A DNA stretch of 64,000 bases from Eledone cirrhosa (lineage: Eukaryota). Numbering within the stretch: the stretch's first letter is position 1; each line of letters starts with the position of its first letter. The notes beneath the pieces are model-generated. The model was given only the letters and a program-made list of their open reading frames with translations, was not told the origin of the DNA and did no database searches. Shown here in pieces: positions 38,390-51,432 of the stretch. The stretch covers positions 9,052,001 through 9,116,000 of the forward strand of contig OZ024756.1 in assembly GCA_964016885.1 (NCBI GenBank). Reading direction: 5' to 3'. The position numbers and the translations under genes are program-made.

Positions 38390-38975
38390 CAGAGTCGTAG
38401 ATGAGATAACTCATCCTAACATGAATGCATTCCAGTGCCACAGACGAGATAACTCGTCCTGACATGTTTCAACTCTTTTCCAACAGTTCATAACTTCAAA
38501 GCTAGATGGTGTTACTAGTTTATTGATGTGACGTTTGTCAATCAAAATATTCATTTTACTGAAAAATAAACCTGGCACAGCAACTGTAGCTGTGTATACA
38601 CAGCAGTTATCAGGTTAATGTTGACAACTGTAGCTGTGTATACACAGCAGTCAACAGGTTAATGTTGACAACTGTAGCTGTGTATACACAGCAGTCAACA
38701 GGTTAATGTTGACAACTGTAGCTGTGTATACACAGCAGTTATCAGGTTAATGTTGACAACTGTAGCTGTGTATACACAGCAGTCAACAGGTTAATGTTGA
38801 CAACTGTAGCTGTGTATACACAGCAGTCAACAGGTTAATGTTGACAACTGTAGCTGTGTATACACAGCAGTTATCAGGTTAATGTTGACAACTGTAGCTG
38901 TGTATACACAGCAGTCAACAGGTTAATGTTGACAACTGTAGCTGTGTATACACAGCAGTCAACAGGTTAATGTTG
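38390..38975. repeat. Non-autonomous DNA-element end followed by about 9 tandem copies of its 44-bp terminus
   Basis: Unit GACAACTGTAGCTGTGTATACACAGCAGTCAACAGGTTAATGTT at about 38580-38975; 38390-38620 matches the reverse complement of 53788-54036. Confidence 0.85.
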
Positions 38976-39469
38976 ATGGTAATAATTGCTAGACATTATC
39001 GTAATTCCTCCTCCTCTTCGTCATCATTATCGTCATCATTTTTACATCCAGTTTTCCATGCTTGTATAGGTTAAATAGGTCCCCTTCACCACAGCATCTC
39101 ATTACTTTGAGCGCTCATTTGCAGAGTTCAGGTGTCCTGAGATCAGCTTTCACCACTCCTACCAACGTCTTTCTTGGTATTCTCTTTCTGCAGTTTCCTT
39201 CCACTTGGAACACCCAGCATTTCTCTACCAAACCATGCATTACATGTCCATACCAGTGCATTCTTCTCTCCTGCATGCATCACCTGACTTCACTTATCTA
39301 CCCAGTTTTACTCTTAACTCATCTGTGTTCTAGTGCTCAGACACACCAATATTACATATCCAATGAAGCATGCCCACTTCATTTCATATGTATGTATATA
39401 TATATATATATATATATACATACATAAATATATATATATACATACATATATGTACATATATATATATAA

Positions 39470-39930
39470 GAAATTTTGGCAGCTTATTAAAAAGCTGGGG
39501 GTCCCTTGACCCCCAAGCTATTGCAGTATGTGGTCCTTATTCTCGACACGACGGATGAGACCTTTGGCACCACACAGTGACGTCCTGTTTGCGGGCTGGT
39601 CCTGCCTTCAATGCCAAAGTTTGGTGCTAACCCTTCCAGGATCTTCCATATGTATATCACTGCATATTTTTCCTGTCTCCACTCCAGGAACTGAAGCTTT
39701 AATTTCTTCAGCCTCTCCCAGAAGTTCATCTCTTTCGATGAGGCAAACCTCTTGGTGTAGCTTCATTGGATTGCTTCAATGAAGTTCTGCAGTTAATTTG
39801 ACACTGTGGAGCGACCACAGCTGAGAACAATAGTCCAGTCGGCTTAGGACAAAAGTCCCCCAGAGGCCCAACATGGTTTCTAAGCCTCTTGTTCTGAATG
39901 TCCTCAGAATCCAAGCTGCCAGTCGTTTCA
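39470..39930 (-). mobile_element. CR1-like LINE 3' fragment
   Basis: SRLDYCSQLWS and WERLKKLKL...YAVIYIWKILEGLAPNF. Confidence 0.75.
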
Positions 39931-40439
39931 ATGTCTCCCTTTTATCCTCCCTACACAATCCAAACAATCATGAATTTTCTCAAAAACTTGTTAGAATTTT
40001 GAATAAAGGATGTTTTTCTAAATCTTGTATATTTTGTATATTTTTGTATCACCAGATCTATCGTGTATACCAAAACCCATTGTTATTTATATCACTGTCA
40101 AGATTTACTAGTAGGTATCAGCACCACCATCATCATAATCCTCATCGTCATCATTTTACAGACATATGGGTTGAATGGGTTGTCACATTTTGAGGCCGGA
40201 CATATCAGATGACTGCATCTTGCTCAAAGGTTCCATGTTTGGCTTGGTTTCTATGGTTGGGTGCCCTTCTTCATGACAACCACTTGATGATTTCATTTTA
40301 CTGAGGCACTGCCACAATCACTTAACAAGGTGTACTGAATATATTTATCATGGCATGAGCAACTCCCTCTTTACAGTGTGGGTTGGGTAGATTTATTGTG
40401 GCACCAGCACTACCACTTTACAGGGTGGACTGTGTGCAT

Positions 40440-41450
40440 TTTATTGTTCCATGATAACTTACATTGGGTAAAAAAGGAAAGGGCCTCACTATTTGATATA
40501 TCTATGGGATCCTACAATACAGCTGAAGTCTCTGATCTCATCGTCAATACCCCCTGGAAACAAACATCCACCCCATACCTCAGCCCTGCACAGAGATGAT
40601 GTTTAGGCAATCTTGAGTTATAAGAATGATCATGCCATGGATAAGTTCAGAAAACCTTATAAGGATCTTCAAAAGGTTTTGGTTAAATATCAGAGTCACC
40701 ATCAACTTAACCAAAGTCAATTTTCTGGGCATCTCTCTGGACCTTAAAAGTAGTAAACACTACCCATATAGGAAGCCTAATGAGGATGTGGTATACATAT
40801 GTAGAAACACACCACCACCCCCTCTAGTAGTTAGGAATATTTTAAATGTGATTAGTAGAAGAATTTACTGCTTATCATCTGATAAACTTATCTTCAGCAG
40901 AGTTGTACACTATTACAATGAGGCATTAGCAAGAAGTAGCTTGACAGAAATATGGAGCACATTCCACCTACCCTTACCAAAGTCAGAAAAGAGGAAAATA
41001 ACTTAGCTTAATTCTCCATTAAATTTAGAAGTATCAACAAATTTGGCTTATAATTTACTGTCCCTAATCAAGAAAATGTTCCTGTATAGCCATAAGTACC
41101 ACAAGTTTTTTAACTCACACAATTTTCTTGGTAGTTATTCCTGTTTAGATAGTATCACTTCAAACGTTGCATGTTATAACAGGAAAAGTGCACACCAACC
41201 CAAGCCCTAACCTGTAATTGCCAAAACCCTGCCAACTGTTTTCTGTGCGGATACTGCGTCTCTAAAGTCATGGTATCCAGATGCACATTCACACTATCAG
41301 ATGGTCTCCAGAGAAACTATACAGGCCAATTAGTTCAAGGGTAGATTTACCCAGCACATACATTCATTTAGGTATATTGAGAACTCTACAAGCCTCTTAA
41401 CACATTTCAGAAATATAATGAAAGTATACCAATTAAATGTAATAAAAATA
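40440..41450 (+). mobile_element. Degenerate Penelope-like retroelement (RT and GIY-YIG region)
   Basis: FDISMGSYNTAEVSDL, VNFLGISLDL, PYRKPN, ISRRIYCLSS, YNEAL, SYSC, CNC..P..C and RFTQH motifs in broken frames. Confidence 0.8.
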
Positions 41451-41965
41451 TATATCAAGTCAAAACAGCTAAAACTGGGTTGCTATTGTTTTCACACTAT
41501 AAAAGGTTACTGTTTTAGCTCACGTGTCTTTTGTTTTCAGTAATATTTTTGCTTGCAATTTGTGGTATCACAATACTTGGACTAAATTATACTAATTAAA
41601 AAAATATAAAAGCTTCATCCACTATTGCATTGCATGTATGATGCTGTACCTCCTGAGGAGTGATAGGGATACCGTGTTAACATACGGTGTTTCTAGATTT
41701 CATGCAGAGAAGGATAGCAAGAGTGAGAGACTGGAAGTGAGAAAGAGATATAGCGGGAGAAAATACCCCAGTACAAGACTGGTACTTCTTTTTATCGCCT
41801 TGGATAAAAGACAAAGAAAGTTGACCTCAGTGGGATTTGAACTCAGATGAGTAGAAAGCCAAAACCATTACCACTAAACATTCTATCTGATGCTCTAACG
41901 ACTCTACGAATTCACTGCCTTCATCCACTAGTGAAGTGTTTTAAAAATGTATATGTTTAAAGATT

Positions 41966-41997
<32 letters not shown>

Positions 41998-42023
41998 ATT
42001 ATATAAATATATATATATATATT

Positions 42024-42055
<32 letters not shown>

Positions 42056-42240
42056 TTTTGAGTTTATGTTGGTTGTATACCAACACCTCAGTATGCAGGC
42101 TGGAGCACTCGACGAAATGCGCAGGTTGGTTTGGTTACTCCGGAGTAGTGTAAAATAAAGTTAAAATAAAGTTAAATAAAAAGCCAAATGTTTAAAAATG
42201 ACTTTTTATTTGACTTTTTATTTGACTTTTTATTTAACTT

Positions 42241-42320
<80 letters not shown>

Positions 42321-42549
42321 GTATGTTCTTCTGGTTTTATAATTTCGCAAAGTGTTACCAATAGAGAGGGAGTCGGTTTCTAACATAGACACAAGACTCT
42401 CTCATTGGAATTTACACAACATCAACTAGGTAGATTATGTCTGCATGCATGCATGTGTAGATATGGATGTTATTGTATGTGTGGATGTGGATGTTTTGAG
42501 TTGTATGTGTGCATGTGTATATGCTTTGTATCTGTACATGTGTATATGC

Positions 42550-43128
42550 AGTTATTAGATGCAAAATTTTTGGAATGTTTTACATATTTTTACTGTTCCA
42601 TTAATGGATTGTACTTGTAATTTCCTAACTAGTTGTGTTCTTTCTGTTCCTGTGAAGCCTAGCTTCTCAAGATTTGTATTGAGGCGGTTACTAACATACC
42701 CCAGTGCCCCAATAATCACAGGCATAAATCTGAAGGTGTAATCAGGGTGGAGTATCTGCAGATTTCTCATCAGTTCTGCATAAATATTCTCCTTTTCACT
42801 AATCTTTGATATTATATTGGCATCTGCTGGGCCTCTAATTTCCACTACTGTGCATGCTTTCTTCTCCCTGTCCCATATCATAATATCTGGTTGGTTGTGC
42901 CTGCATTTTATTGGGGTTTTTACTGGAACATTCCACCAGTACTCTTTCATATTATGTACATGGATGTCTTCCACATTGCTGTAGCTTTTAATGTGTTTAT
43001 TACTGGGGCTATCTTTTTTACGAACTGCATTGAACAGTGTTTTGGCCACTACATCATGCCTCATAGGTAGATAGTACAGCAATGACATCTTTGGACAGAT
43101 GCTGATGACATGGCTGATATCTTCGATG
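42550..43128 (-). mobile_element. 3' fragment of an R4/Dong-like LINE (restriction-like endonuclease)
   Basis: RHDVVAK, HNQPDIMIWD, VVEI, KENIY and PVIIGALG; paralogous to 4590-5228. Confidence 0.88.
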
Positions 43129-43393
43129 TATGTATGTATGTAAAATTGGTTGTTTTGAAAGCCTCAACAATGCAGATGGGTAAATCTCCGGGTAACAGAA
43201 TCAGGTCGTAATGAGAGAGATGTAAGAGGAAATGTAGAATGAGATATATAGGGTGTAGAGGAACGTAGGAAAGTGTGTAAAAATAATAACACGAGATAGA
43301 GTTAACTTGGAAGTGATTTAATTATCCCTATATTTTGGATTTTGCATCCATCAACTGGGGGTTTTCCGAGGGGGAAAGATTTTAGTCGGAGAG

Positions 43394-43424
<31 letters not shown>

Positions 43425-43427
<3 letters not shown>

Positions 43428-43655
43428 TGGATATGTGATGCACATGGAGGATGACCGCCCGCTGGGTAAAGAAGTACTAAGGAATGCCAGTAGAATAGAA
43501 AGAAGACCACAAAAACACGGGTGGAGGTGGTGAGAGTGGACCTCAGATTACTGAAGCTCACGGAGAAGATGAGGAGGACCATGATGAATGGAGAGATGCT
43601 GAATAGGACCTGTCCCACTCAAACAGGGAAAAGTGGACGTATAATGATGATGATA
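43425..43655 (+). mobile_element. RTE 3'-end fragment related to 22540-22793
   Basis: Shared GACCTGTCCCAC...AAACAGGGAAAAGTGGACGT and (ATG)n tail. Confidence 0.75.
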
Positions 43656-43759
43656 TATATATATATATAAATATATATATATATAAATATATATATATAT
43701 ATGTATGAAAGACGTAAAATAAGAAAATTATAAAAATTAACTTACTTACTAAAATTTCA

Positions 43760-43839
43760 CTCCAACTAATTAGTTTCTGAAAGGGAATAAACATGGTTTC
43801 CGAAGGAAAACATGGAGAAAGCCTTTCATCATCAGGGAA
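43760..43839 (-). ncRNA. Type I hammerhead motif with palindromic stem III
   Basis: Minus strand: UUCC-CUGAUGA-UGAAAGG...CCUUUCA-GAAA-CUAAUUAG-UU-GGAG; stem II has a perfect 7-bp base. Confidence 0.7.
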
Positions 43840-44209
43840 GTCTATTCTCAGCTAAGTTCCCAGGCAATGCGTGGACACAGGGAACTTATACAAAAATAAT
43901 TCAGTGGATGGAAAAAAGCAAAGCGTGGACTAAGTTCCAAGACACTGAAAAAATCACTGCCTACTTGGTCGGTGGCAAATTCAAAAGAATCAATCACGTG
44001 ACATCGAGGTTAATCAGTGAGGAGTGGGGTGTTAAGAAGACAGCAGCCGAACCATTACTATGAACTATAGTAGCAGTTTTGGCAAATTTTTGCTCAACAA
44101 AATAATTTGGAGATAATTATAAAGAATTAGTATATCTACCAACATATATATATACAGATGCATACCTATGCTAGCAAATATATAGGTTTTGTCTTAGTAA
44201 CTTTGTGGT

Positions 44210-47200
44210 TCAATATGGCTATTGTAGTATTTACTGTGACTATTGTAGTACTTACTATGGCTATTGTAGTACTTACTATGGCTATTGTAGTACTTAATAT
44301 GGCTTTTGTAGTACTTACTATGGCTATTGTAGTACTTACTATGGCTATTGTAGTACTTACTATGGCTATTGTAGTACTTAATATGGCTATTGTAGTACTT
44401 ACTATGGCTATTGTAGTACTTACTATGGCTATTGTATTCCTTACTATGGCTATTGTAGTACTTACTATGGCTATTGTAGTACTTACTATGGCTATTGTAG
44501 TACTTACTATAACTATTGTAGTACTTACTATGGCTATTGTAGTACTTAATATGGCTATTGTAGTACTTACTATGGCTATTGTAGTACTTACTATGGCTAT
44601 TGTAGTATTTACTATAACTAGAATTAGTATATCTACCAACATATATATATACAGATGCATACCTATGCTAGCAAATATATAGGTTTTGTCTTAGTAACTT
44701 TGTGGTTCAATATGGCTATTGTAGTATTTACTGTGACTATTGTAGTACTTAATATGGCTATTGTAGTACTTAATATGGCTATTGTAGTACTTACTATGGC
44801 TATTGTAGTACTTACTATGGCTATTGTAGTATTTACTATAACTATTGTAGTACTTACTATAACTATTGTAGTACTTACTATGGCTATTGTAGTACTTACT
44901 ATAACTATTGTAGTACTTACTATGGCTATTGTAGTACTTACTATAACTATTGTAGTACTTACTATAACTATTGTAGTACTTACTATAACTATTGTAGTAC
45001 TTACTATAACTATTGTACTACTTACTATGGCTATTGTATTCCTTACTATGGCTATTGTATTCCTTACTATGGCTATTGTAGTACTTACTATAACTATTGT
45101 AGTACTTACTATAACTATTATGGTACTTACTATGGCTATTGTATTCCTTACTATGGCTATTGTAGTACTTAATATGGCTTTTGTAGTACTTACTATGGCT
45201 ATTGTAGTACTTACTATGGCTATTGTAGTACTTACTATGGCTATTGTAGTACTTAATATGGCTATTGTAGTACTTACTATGGCTATTGTAGTACTTACTA
45301 TGGCTATTGTATTCCTTACTATGGCTATTGTAGTACTTAATATGGCTTTTGTAGTACTTACTATGGCTATTGTAGTACTTACTATGGCTATTGTAGTACT
45401 TACTATGGCTATTGCAGTACTTACTATGGCTATTGTAGTACTTAATATGGCTTTTGTAGTATTTACTATGGCTATTGTATTCCTTACTATGGCTATTGTA
45501 GTACTTACTATGGCTATTGTAGTACTTACTATGGCTATTGTAGTACTTACTATAACTATTGTAGTACTTACTATGGCTATTGTAGTACTTACTATGGCTA
45601 TTGTAGTACTTACTATAACTATTGTAGTACTTACTATGGCTATTGTAGTACTTACTATAACTATTGTAGTACTTACTATAACTATTGTAGTACTTACTAT
45701 AACTATTGTAGTACTTACTATAACTATTGTAGTACTTACTATAACTATTGTAGTACTTACTATAACTATTGTAGTACTTACTATGGCTATTGTAGTACTT
45801 ACTATAACTATTGTAGTACTTTCTATGGCTATTGTAGTACTTACTATAACTATTGTAGTACTTACTATAACTATTGTAGTACTTACTATAACTATTGTAG
45901 TACTTACTATGGCTATTGTAGTACTTACTATGGCTATTGTAGTACTTACTATGGCTATTGTAGTACTTAATATGGCTTTTGTAGTACTTACTATGGCTAT
46001 TGTAGTACTTACTATAACTATTGTAGTACTTACTATAACTATTGTAGTACTTAATATGGCTATTGTAGTACTTACTATAACTATTGTAGTACTTACTATG
46101 GCTATTGTAGTACTTACTATGGCTATTGTAGTACTTACTATGGCTATTGTAGTACTTACTATGGCTATTGTAGTATTTACTATAACTATTGTAGTACTTA
46201 CTATGGCTATTGTAGTACTTACTATAACTATTGTAGTACTTACTATAACTATTGTAGTACTTAATATGGCTATTGTAGTACTTACTATAACTATTGTAGT
46301 ACTTACTATGGCTATTGTAGTACTTACTATAACTATTGTAGTACTTACTATGGCTATTGTAGTACTTAATATGGCTATTGTAGTACTTACTATAACTATT
46401 GTAGTACTTACTATAACTATTGTAGTACTTAATATGGCTTTTGTAGTACTTACTATGGCTATTGTAGTACTTACTGTGGTTCAATATGGCTATTGTAGTA
46501 TTTACTGTGACTATTGTAGTACTTAATATGGCTATTGTAGTACTTAATATGGCTATTGTAGTACTTAATATGGCTATTGTAGTATTTACTATAACTATTG
46601 TAGTACTTACTATGGCTATTGTAGTACTTACTATGGCTATTGTAGTACTTACTATGGCTATTGTAGTATTTACTATAACTATTGTAGTACTTACTATAAC
46701 TATTGTAGTACTTACTATGGCTATTGTAGTACTTACTATGGCTATTGTAGTACTTAATATGGCTTTTGTAGTACTTACTATGGCTATTGTAGTATTTACT
46801 ATAACTATTGTAGTACTTACTATAACTATTGTAGTACTTTCTATGGCTATTGTAGTACTTACTATGGCTATTGTAGTACTTAATATGGCTTTTGTAGTAC
46901 TTACTATGGCTATTGTAGTACTTACTATGGCTATTGTAGTACTTAATATGGCTATTGTAGTACTTACTATGGCTATTGTAGTACTTACTATGGCTATTGT
47001 ATTCCTTACTATGGCTATTGTAGTACTTAATATGGCTTTTGTAGTACTTACTATGGCTATTGTAGTACTTACTATGGCTATTGCAGTACTTACTATGGCT
47101 ATTGTAGTACTTAATATGGCTTTTGTAGTATTTACTATGGCTATTGTATTCCTTACTATGGCTATTGAGTACTTACTATGGCTATTGTAGTACTTACTGT

Positions 47201-47300
47201 GACTATTGTAGTACTTACTGTGACTATTGTAGTATTTACTATGGCTATCGTAGTACTTACTATAACTATTGTAGTACTTACTATAACTATTATGGTACTA
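44210..47300. repeat. 21-bp tandem satellite (ACTATGGCTATTGTAGTACTT), about 140 copies
   Basis: Direct reading. A unique flank (about 44124-44210) recurs 497 bp later. Confidence 0.97.
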
Positions 47301-47682
47301 TGACCATTCTGGGACTATGACTATGATACTATTTTCTATTACTAGTACTATGACCATTGTAGTACTATTACTATTGTGGAACTATGACTAATATAGTACT
47401 TACTATGCCTCTGAGGAATGTTTGCTCATCTTTAACAGAATTGGCAGTTTTAATGGCTTCTCTAGTGATAAGTTTTTGTATCTTTATATGCATAAAGAGA
47501 TCCCCAGCAGACAACTGATGAGGAACACTTCGCCCGTTCTTGCTTTCTTCTTATTTTTAAGCCTACCTTATCTAGCAACTACACAGCCACTTCTCTTCTT
47601 ATAATTTTTTAAATAATGAGAAAAATTTGATGCAAAAATAGCTGCCAAAACAACAAAATGCTGTCAATATATATAAAAATAC

Positions 47683-48141
<459 letters not shown>

Positions 48142-48227
48142 TATATATATATATATATATATAATATGAATATATTAAATATATAAATATATATATAATA
48201 TATATCTTATATATATATAATATAAAT

Positions 48228-48562
48228 ACTTCTTCTTTGCCCACTTATTCCTGAGAAGGTCATGGGGGCAGAGTCCTCAAACACTCCAACTGATCCCCAA
48301 GCGACACCAGCCAAGCTCATGGATGTTATGAAAACATCTTGCTCAGGGGAATCTACCCCTGGGTCTACTGCCAGTTGGTTTCGTCCGTAAAATCTGTTCA
48401 GCAGTTCTTTCCTAAGACATTCTAACCATATTCCCATAGTTATCTTTTAATTTGGAGAAGTAGCAGCTCCCCCTGGAGTGACTCGTCTCCAAGCTACATG
48501 CTCTATCAAGTAACATTTCTCCAAAGACCCTTCGAAGGAATCCCATTTTGGCTGCTTGTATT
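48228..48562 (-). mobile_element. RTE 3' fragment, same family as 1505-2404
   Basis: Shared CCAGCCAAGCTCATGGATGTTAT and CCAAAGACCCTTCG...GAATCCCATTT. Confidence 0.8.
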
Positions 48563-48775
48563 CACTGCATTATTTTGGACACACTTAACATAATGTCACT
48601 GCATTATTTTGGACACACTTAACATAATGTCACAGCATTATTTTGGACACACTTAACATAATGTCACTGCATTATTTTGGACACACTTAACATAATGTCA
48701 CTGCATTATTTTGGACACACTTAACATAATGTCACTGCATTATTTTGGACACACTTAACATAATGTCAATGCATT
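48563..48775. repeat. 34-bp tandem repeat, about 6 copies
   Basis: Unit CACTGCATTATTTTGGACACACTTAACATAATGT. Confidence 0.93.
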
Positions 48776-49344
48776 CTAATGCAGAACACCTCATGCATCT
48801 GATCCTTACATTGCAAAACATTCCCAAACCTCCCACTCTCAGCTATGTACAGTTGATGTAACTCATCTTTTTCATTAAGGCAATCTACTTCATTGGATTG
48901 AATCAAGTACAGCAGTTAGATTGACACAGGTGAGAGCAATAATCCAGTTTGCTGACGACAAAAGTCCTCCAGTGGATCATTGTTTCCGAATCTTTTTTTC
49001 TGATTGTCCTTGAAATCCAAGCTGCCAGACTTCTGCACATGATGTGTGCATGAAATGATGCTCACCTGAATAAACTGGTCTTGTATTGATCTTGACTGGT
49101 CCAGTGTCTCTCTGTTGTGGTGATTTTATGTTCGTGGGTTAATAATAGAGGAGATGAAACTGCATATTGTTGTTCAAGAGGGGCCAGTCTGTATTCTCTC
49201 TTTGAAGCAGTCACAAATCCATTCACCTATTTCTCTGGTTATGTATTAAATTTAAGCTGAAATCTCACTTGGGGGGGGGGGGGACTAGACAATTACCTTA
49301 TATGTATGCGTATACGTGTTTATATGCATATGTAGAATAATCTG

Positions 49345-49658
49345 CATGTCTATATACAGTAACATCTATATATGTCTATACATAGCAACATCTACATATG
49401 TCTATATATAGTAGCATCTATATATGTCTATATATAGTAACATCTATATATGTCTATATATAGTAACATCTATATATGTCTATATATAGTAACATCTATA
49501 TATGTCTATATATAGTAGCATCTATATATGTCTATATATAGTAACATCTATATATGTCTATACATAGCAACATCTACATATGTCTATATATAGTAACATC
49601 TACATATGTCTATATATAGTAACATCTATATATGTCTATATATAGTAACATCTATATA
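49345..49658. repeat. 26-bp tandem repeat (TATATAGTAACATCTATATATGTCTA)
   Basis: About 12 copies; looser copies at 50140-50258. Confidence 0.9.
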
Positions 49659-50005
49659 TAACCATCTTGCCAACAACAACCCTGAGTACCTTTTTGATTT
49701 CCATGTGTCTAACACACGTGGACATGCCCACAAAGTAAGAAAACAGCACAGTTCCCATGACTTTCTGAAACATTTTTTCACGCTCAGAGTTGCTGAAGCA
49801 TGGAACAAACTACCTGCATCAGTTGTTAGCTGTCGAGACACTGCATCCTTTAAGGCCTCCATGCTTCCCGAGATCCGCCAAAACTACAGCTAACACATAC
49901 ACACATGTACTTCCCTGACATTACTGTATTATTCTATGTACTATACATACACCTTTGACGAGTTGTAGTGCACCTGAGCACTTTACACAATAATTTCATT
50001 ATTAT
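49659..50005 (+). mobile_element. CR1-clade LINE 3' end
   Basis: SNTRGHAHKV, FFTLRVAEAWNKLPASVV and an (ATT)n tail; overlaps in sequence with the end of 54180-54972. Confidence 0.85.
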
Positions 50006-50419
50006 GTGTATATCATGACTCATGCACTGTTCATTTTCCTGATGTTTGTTGTTCAAGAGGGGCCAGTCTATGTACTATACATACACTTTTTGATGAGTTG
50101 TAGTGCACCTGAGCACTGTACACAATATTTCATTATTATCTATATATAGTAACATCTATATATAGTAGGATCTATATGTCTATACATAGTAGATATAGTA
50201 GCATCTATATATAGTAGGATCTATACACAGTAACATCTATATATGTCTATATACAGTAGGAAGGATGCATCATTTCATGTGCAATGCCAAAATGGTGGCA
50301 ATATTCAAATGACCAGTGAGTTGGATTCTGAGGAAATTCAGGACAAGTGACTGATCTTATATTTATATTATGGATATGTATATATATATATATATATACA
50401 TACATTCGGGAGAAATCAG

Positions 50420-50470
50420 GGCTTCCTGATGATTTCTACCAAATGAAACAGTTCTATTCCTGTAGAAGCC
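50420..50470 (+). ncRNA. Compact type I hammerhead ribozyme
   Basis: GGCTTC-CTGATGA-TTTCTACCAAAT-GAAA-CAG-TTCTATTC-CTG-TA-GAAGCC: 6-bp stem I, closed stem III, GUA triplet; stem II is weak. Confidence 0.7.
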
Positions 50471-50821
50471 ATTTCTATATTAAATATTTATACTCTGCTA
50501 TGTATTGAGTACCTTACTTACTATGGTATCCAGCCAGAATTTTTTCACCTCTTTCTGTTCAAACTGGCTGTAACCGGCCACTCATATGTCTATCTATCTA
50601 TTTTTTTTTTTAAATATATTTATGTGAGAAAAACCAGACCCTCCATCTCAACTCTACTTTTGAAAAGCAGAAGAACTGCGAAACCGGTAAAGGAACCAAA
50701 TAAATTTTTAAAAAAAATAAAAAAAGACTTCAGTTGCATTTTCGATTTCATCTTTTTTCCTGATACTTTCACTCGTGTAGGACACCTCGGTTATTTTTCA
50801 TTTTGTAAAAAAAAACCTCAC

Positions 50822-50852
<31 letters not shown>

Positions 50853-51401
50853 GATAAAAAATATCCCAAAAGAGAAACTAATTTGGAAGGTGCACATCCG
50901 ACATGGGGACTGATATACATTAGTGGCCATAACTGGGCCCCTAAACCAATGGGCGCACAAACATGTGAAGGGTATGAAACTTCGTTTATACTAAATAAGT
51001 AGAGAGTGACGTTGTTCGTGGACTGATCCGATATAAAAGAATAGGAAAAAATCAAGGTGAAGTAGTTAATTAAATCATACCTTTATGTTCGTTACCGAAA
51101 GTAAAATTATTGATATAGCGACCAATAAATAGCAGTTGTGCAACTCCTTACCAATTTATTCTGCTATCTTCAAAAACATTATATATATATTTTTACAATC
51201 GACAGACTTTCATCAAATCGGACCGAGGAAACGATGCTTCCATCGGTCTTTCCAGTTGCTAGTACTATCTATCGGTTGCAACTCCAGGTAGAAGGAGCAA
51301 TGTGAAATAAAGTGTCTTGCTCAAGGACATAACGCATCACCCGGCTCGGGAATCGAACTTACAACCTCACAATCCAATTCTCTAACCACTCAGCTTCACT
51401 A

Positions 51402-51432
<31 letters not shown>

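Noticed and set aside
42066-42150. Possible hammerhead near GAAATGCGC (also a similar remnant near 1115-1175, minus strand)
   Set aside because: No recognisable CUGAnGA core and no consistent stem I.
44158-47190. Long hydrophobic (MAIVVLT)n and (SKYYNSH)n ORFs up to 623 aa
   Set aside because: A 21-bp unit keeps frames open automatically; there are no unique domains or splice evidence.
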